A stretch of DNA of 64,000 bases, taken from the NCBI RefSeq assembly GCF_902713615.1, contig NC_052159.1, positions 90,868,520 to 90,932,519 of the forward strand, given 5' to 3'. Numbering within the stretch: the stretch's first letter is position 1; every line of letters starts with the position of its first letter. Origin of the DNA: Scyliorhinus canicula. Lineage: Eukaryota. The translations under genes were made by a program, and so were the position numbers. Below, piece by piece: positions 62,971 through 64,000 of the stretch. The notes below the pieces were generated by a model, which saw only the letters and a program-made list of their open reading frames with translations, was not told the DNA's origin and did not search any database.

Positions 62971-64000
62971 ATTTTATTTTCTCCTCCCCCCCCCCCCGGT
63001 GTGCCCTCTGCCGATTAGGGCAGCACAAGGTGGAGTATTGTGGAATTTCAAAGTCCCCCCAAAAATAACAAGTTTTGTATATTTTTAAATAATATTTTAA
63101 AAGTTTAATTAGCCTCTGTGCTAATCCAATGATAAATTATTTCACTGTCTGAAAAGTTAAATTCGAGTTGAAGGATATTTAAGTGTTTTTTAGCTCTTGG
63201 CTTGCTGTCTGTAAGAATTTGAATCTGTTTGGTTCCTTGGCTGCTTGCTGAAATCATTGCTGCTGCATGCCAAGACAACCCTTTGTCTCACTGCCAGAAT
63301 TAAACTGTCATCAGTAAAGGTGATTACTGGATCTTTGTTGGGCAGCTTTCTTCAGATCAACAGCAAGTGCCATTGCTTCATCACACACGGCAAAATACAG
63401 GCTGAAATTTCACTTCCTCTTTGTTTTTTCCCCTCTCTCTCCCTGAATGCAATCTTTCTTTTCCTACCTTTCATTTTGCTTTTCACATCCAATTTGACGA
63501 CAGCCCGGATTCTGCGGCTGTAATGAGAGCATTCACCTGAATTACTCTGTGAAAGTGATGGAAGCATCTGCTGGTGACTGCACGTGCACAATTAAACATG
63601 TAAATCTGGAAGTTCCCACCACAGATACCTGGCTCCTCAGAAGATGCAGTGTTGCATTTTTTGTCAATGCAATCAGCACCAAAATCAGTGATTTGACGTG
63701 AAATTTAACTTTAGGCACACTATTCTCAATGTAAAACCATTCAAAATGTCACACCTTGATGAATGAGTTGTAACTGAGTTTTTAATGGTGTCCTGAGTCC
63801 TATGTACTGTGCAACAACTTTATGGCCTTGAATAATTAATTTTAAAAGTCTGAAGTGTCGTTCCCTCCATTCAATGGTAAAAAGTTTCAAAGATTTTTAA
63901 AATAATAAAAAAACTATTTTGCTCAAATTTGGTTTTTTTTTAAACTTTTTTATTCTCCTTTTTCACATTTTCTCCCAAATTTACACCCACCAATAATAAA

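Noticed and set aside
21900-64000. Downstream melatonin receptor (MTNR1) or other host-gene exons expected from FAT synteny
   Set aside because: No GPCR-like exon was recognised. Short exons could have been missed by eye.

Overview
Eukaryotic, repeat-rich vertebrate DNA. The HE1/V-SINE, Deu-SINE, CR1 and Rex1 repeat content points to a cartilaginous fish, probably a catshark-type shark (inference). Positions 1 to about 21.9 kb hold the 3' end of a FAT3-like giant cadherin gene on the + strand. It has four phase-1 exons that the ORF track mostly misses: 1149-1259, two cassette exons (13222-13281, 60 nt; 16945-16980, 36 nt) and the terminal exon 18057-18676 ending in the PDZ ligand TQV. A 3' UTR of about 3.2 kb follows. 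The rest is intergenic and dominated by nested transposons: about 18 SINE copies or fragments, CR1, L2, Rex1/Babar, L1 and Tx1 LINE fragments, PIF/Harbinger Myb and transposase fossils with many TIR-bounded derivatives, several solo LTRs with TSDs, and a truncated Gypsy provirus. The most unusual stretch is 55.8-58.8 kb. There an intronless NAP1L1/4 retro-fragment is fused in the same orientation to a Gypsy protease fragment. It is followed, once a solo LTR is removed, by an unexplained 206-aa open frame, and it sits next to an LTR-PBS(tRNA-Ser)-LTR junction. No CRISPR or prokaryotic-type system is present. Homologies were recognised from memory, not from database searches.
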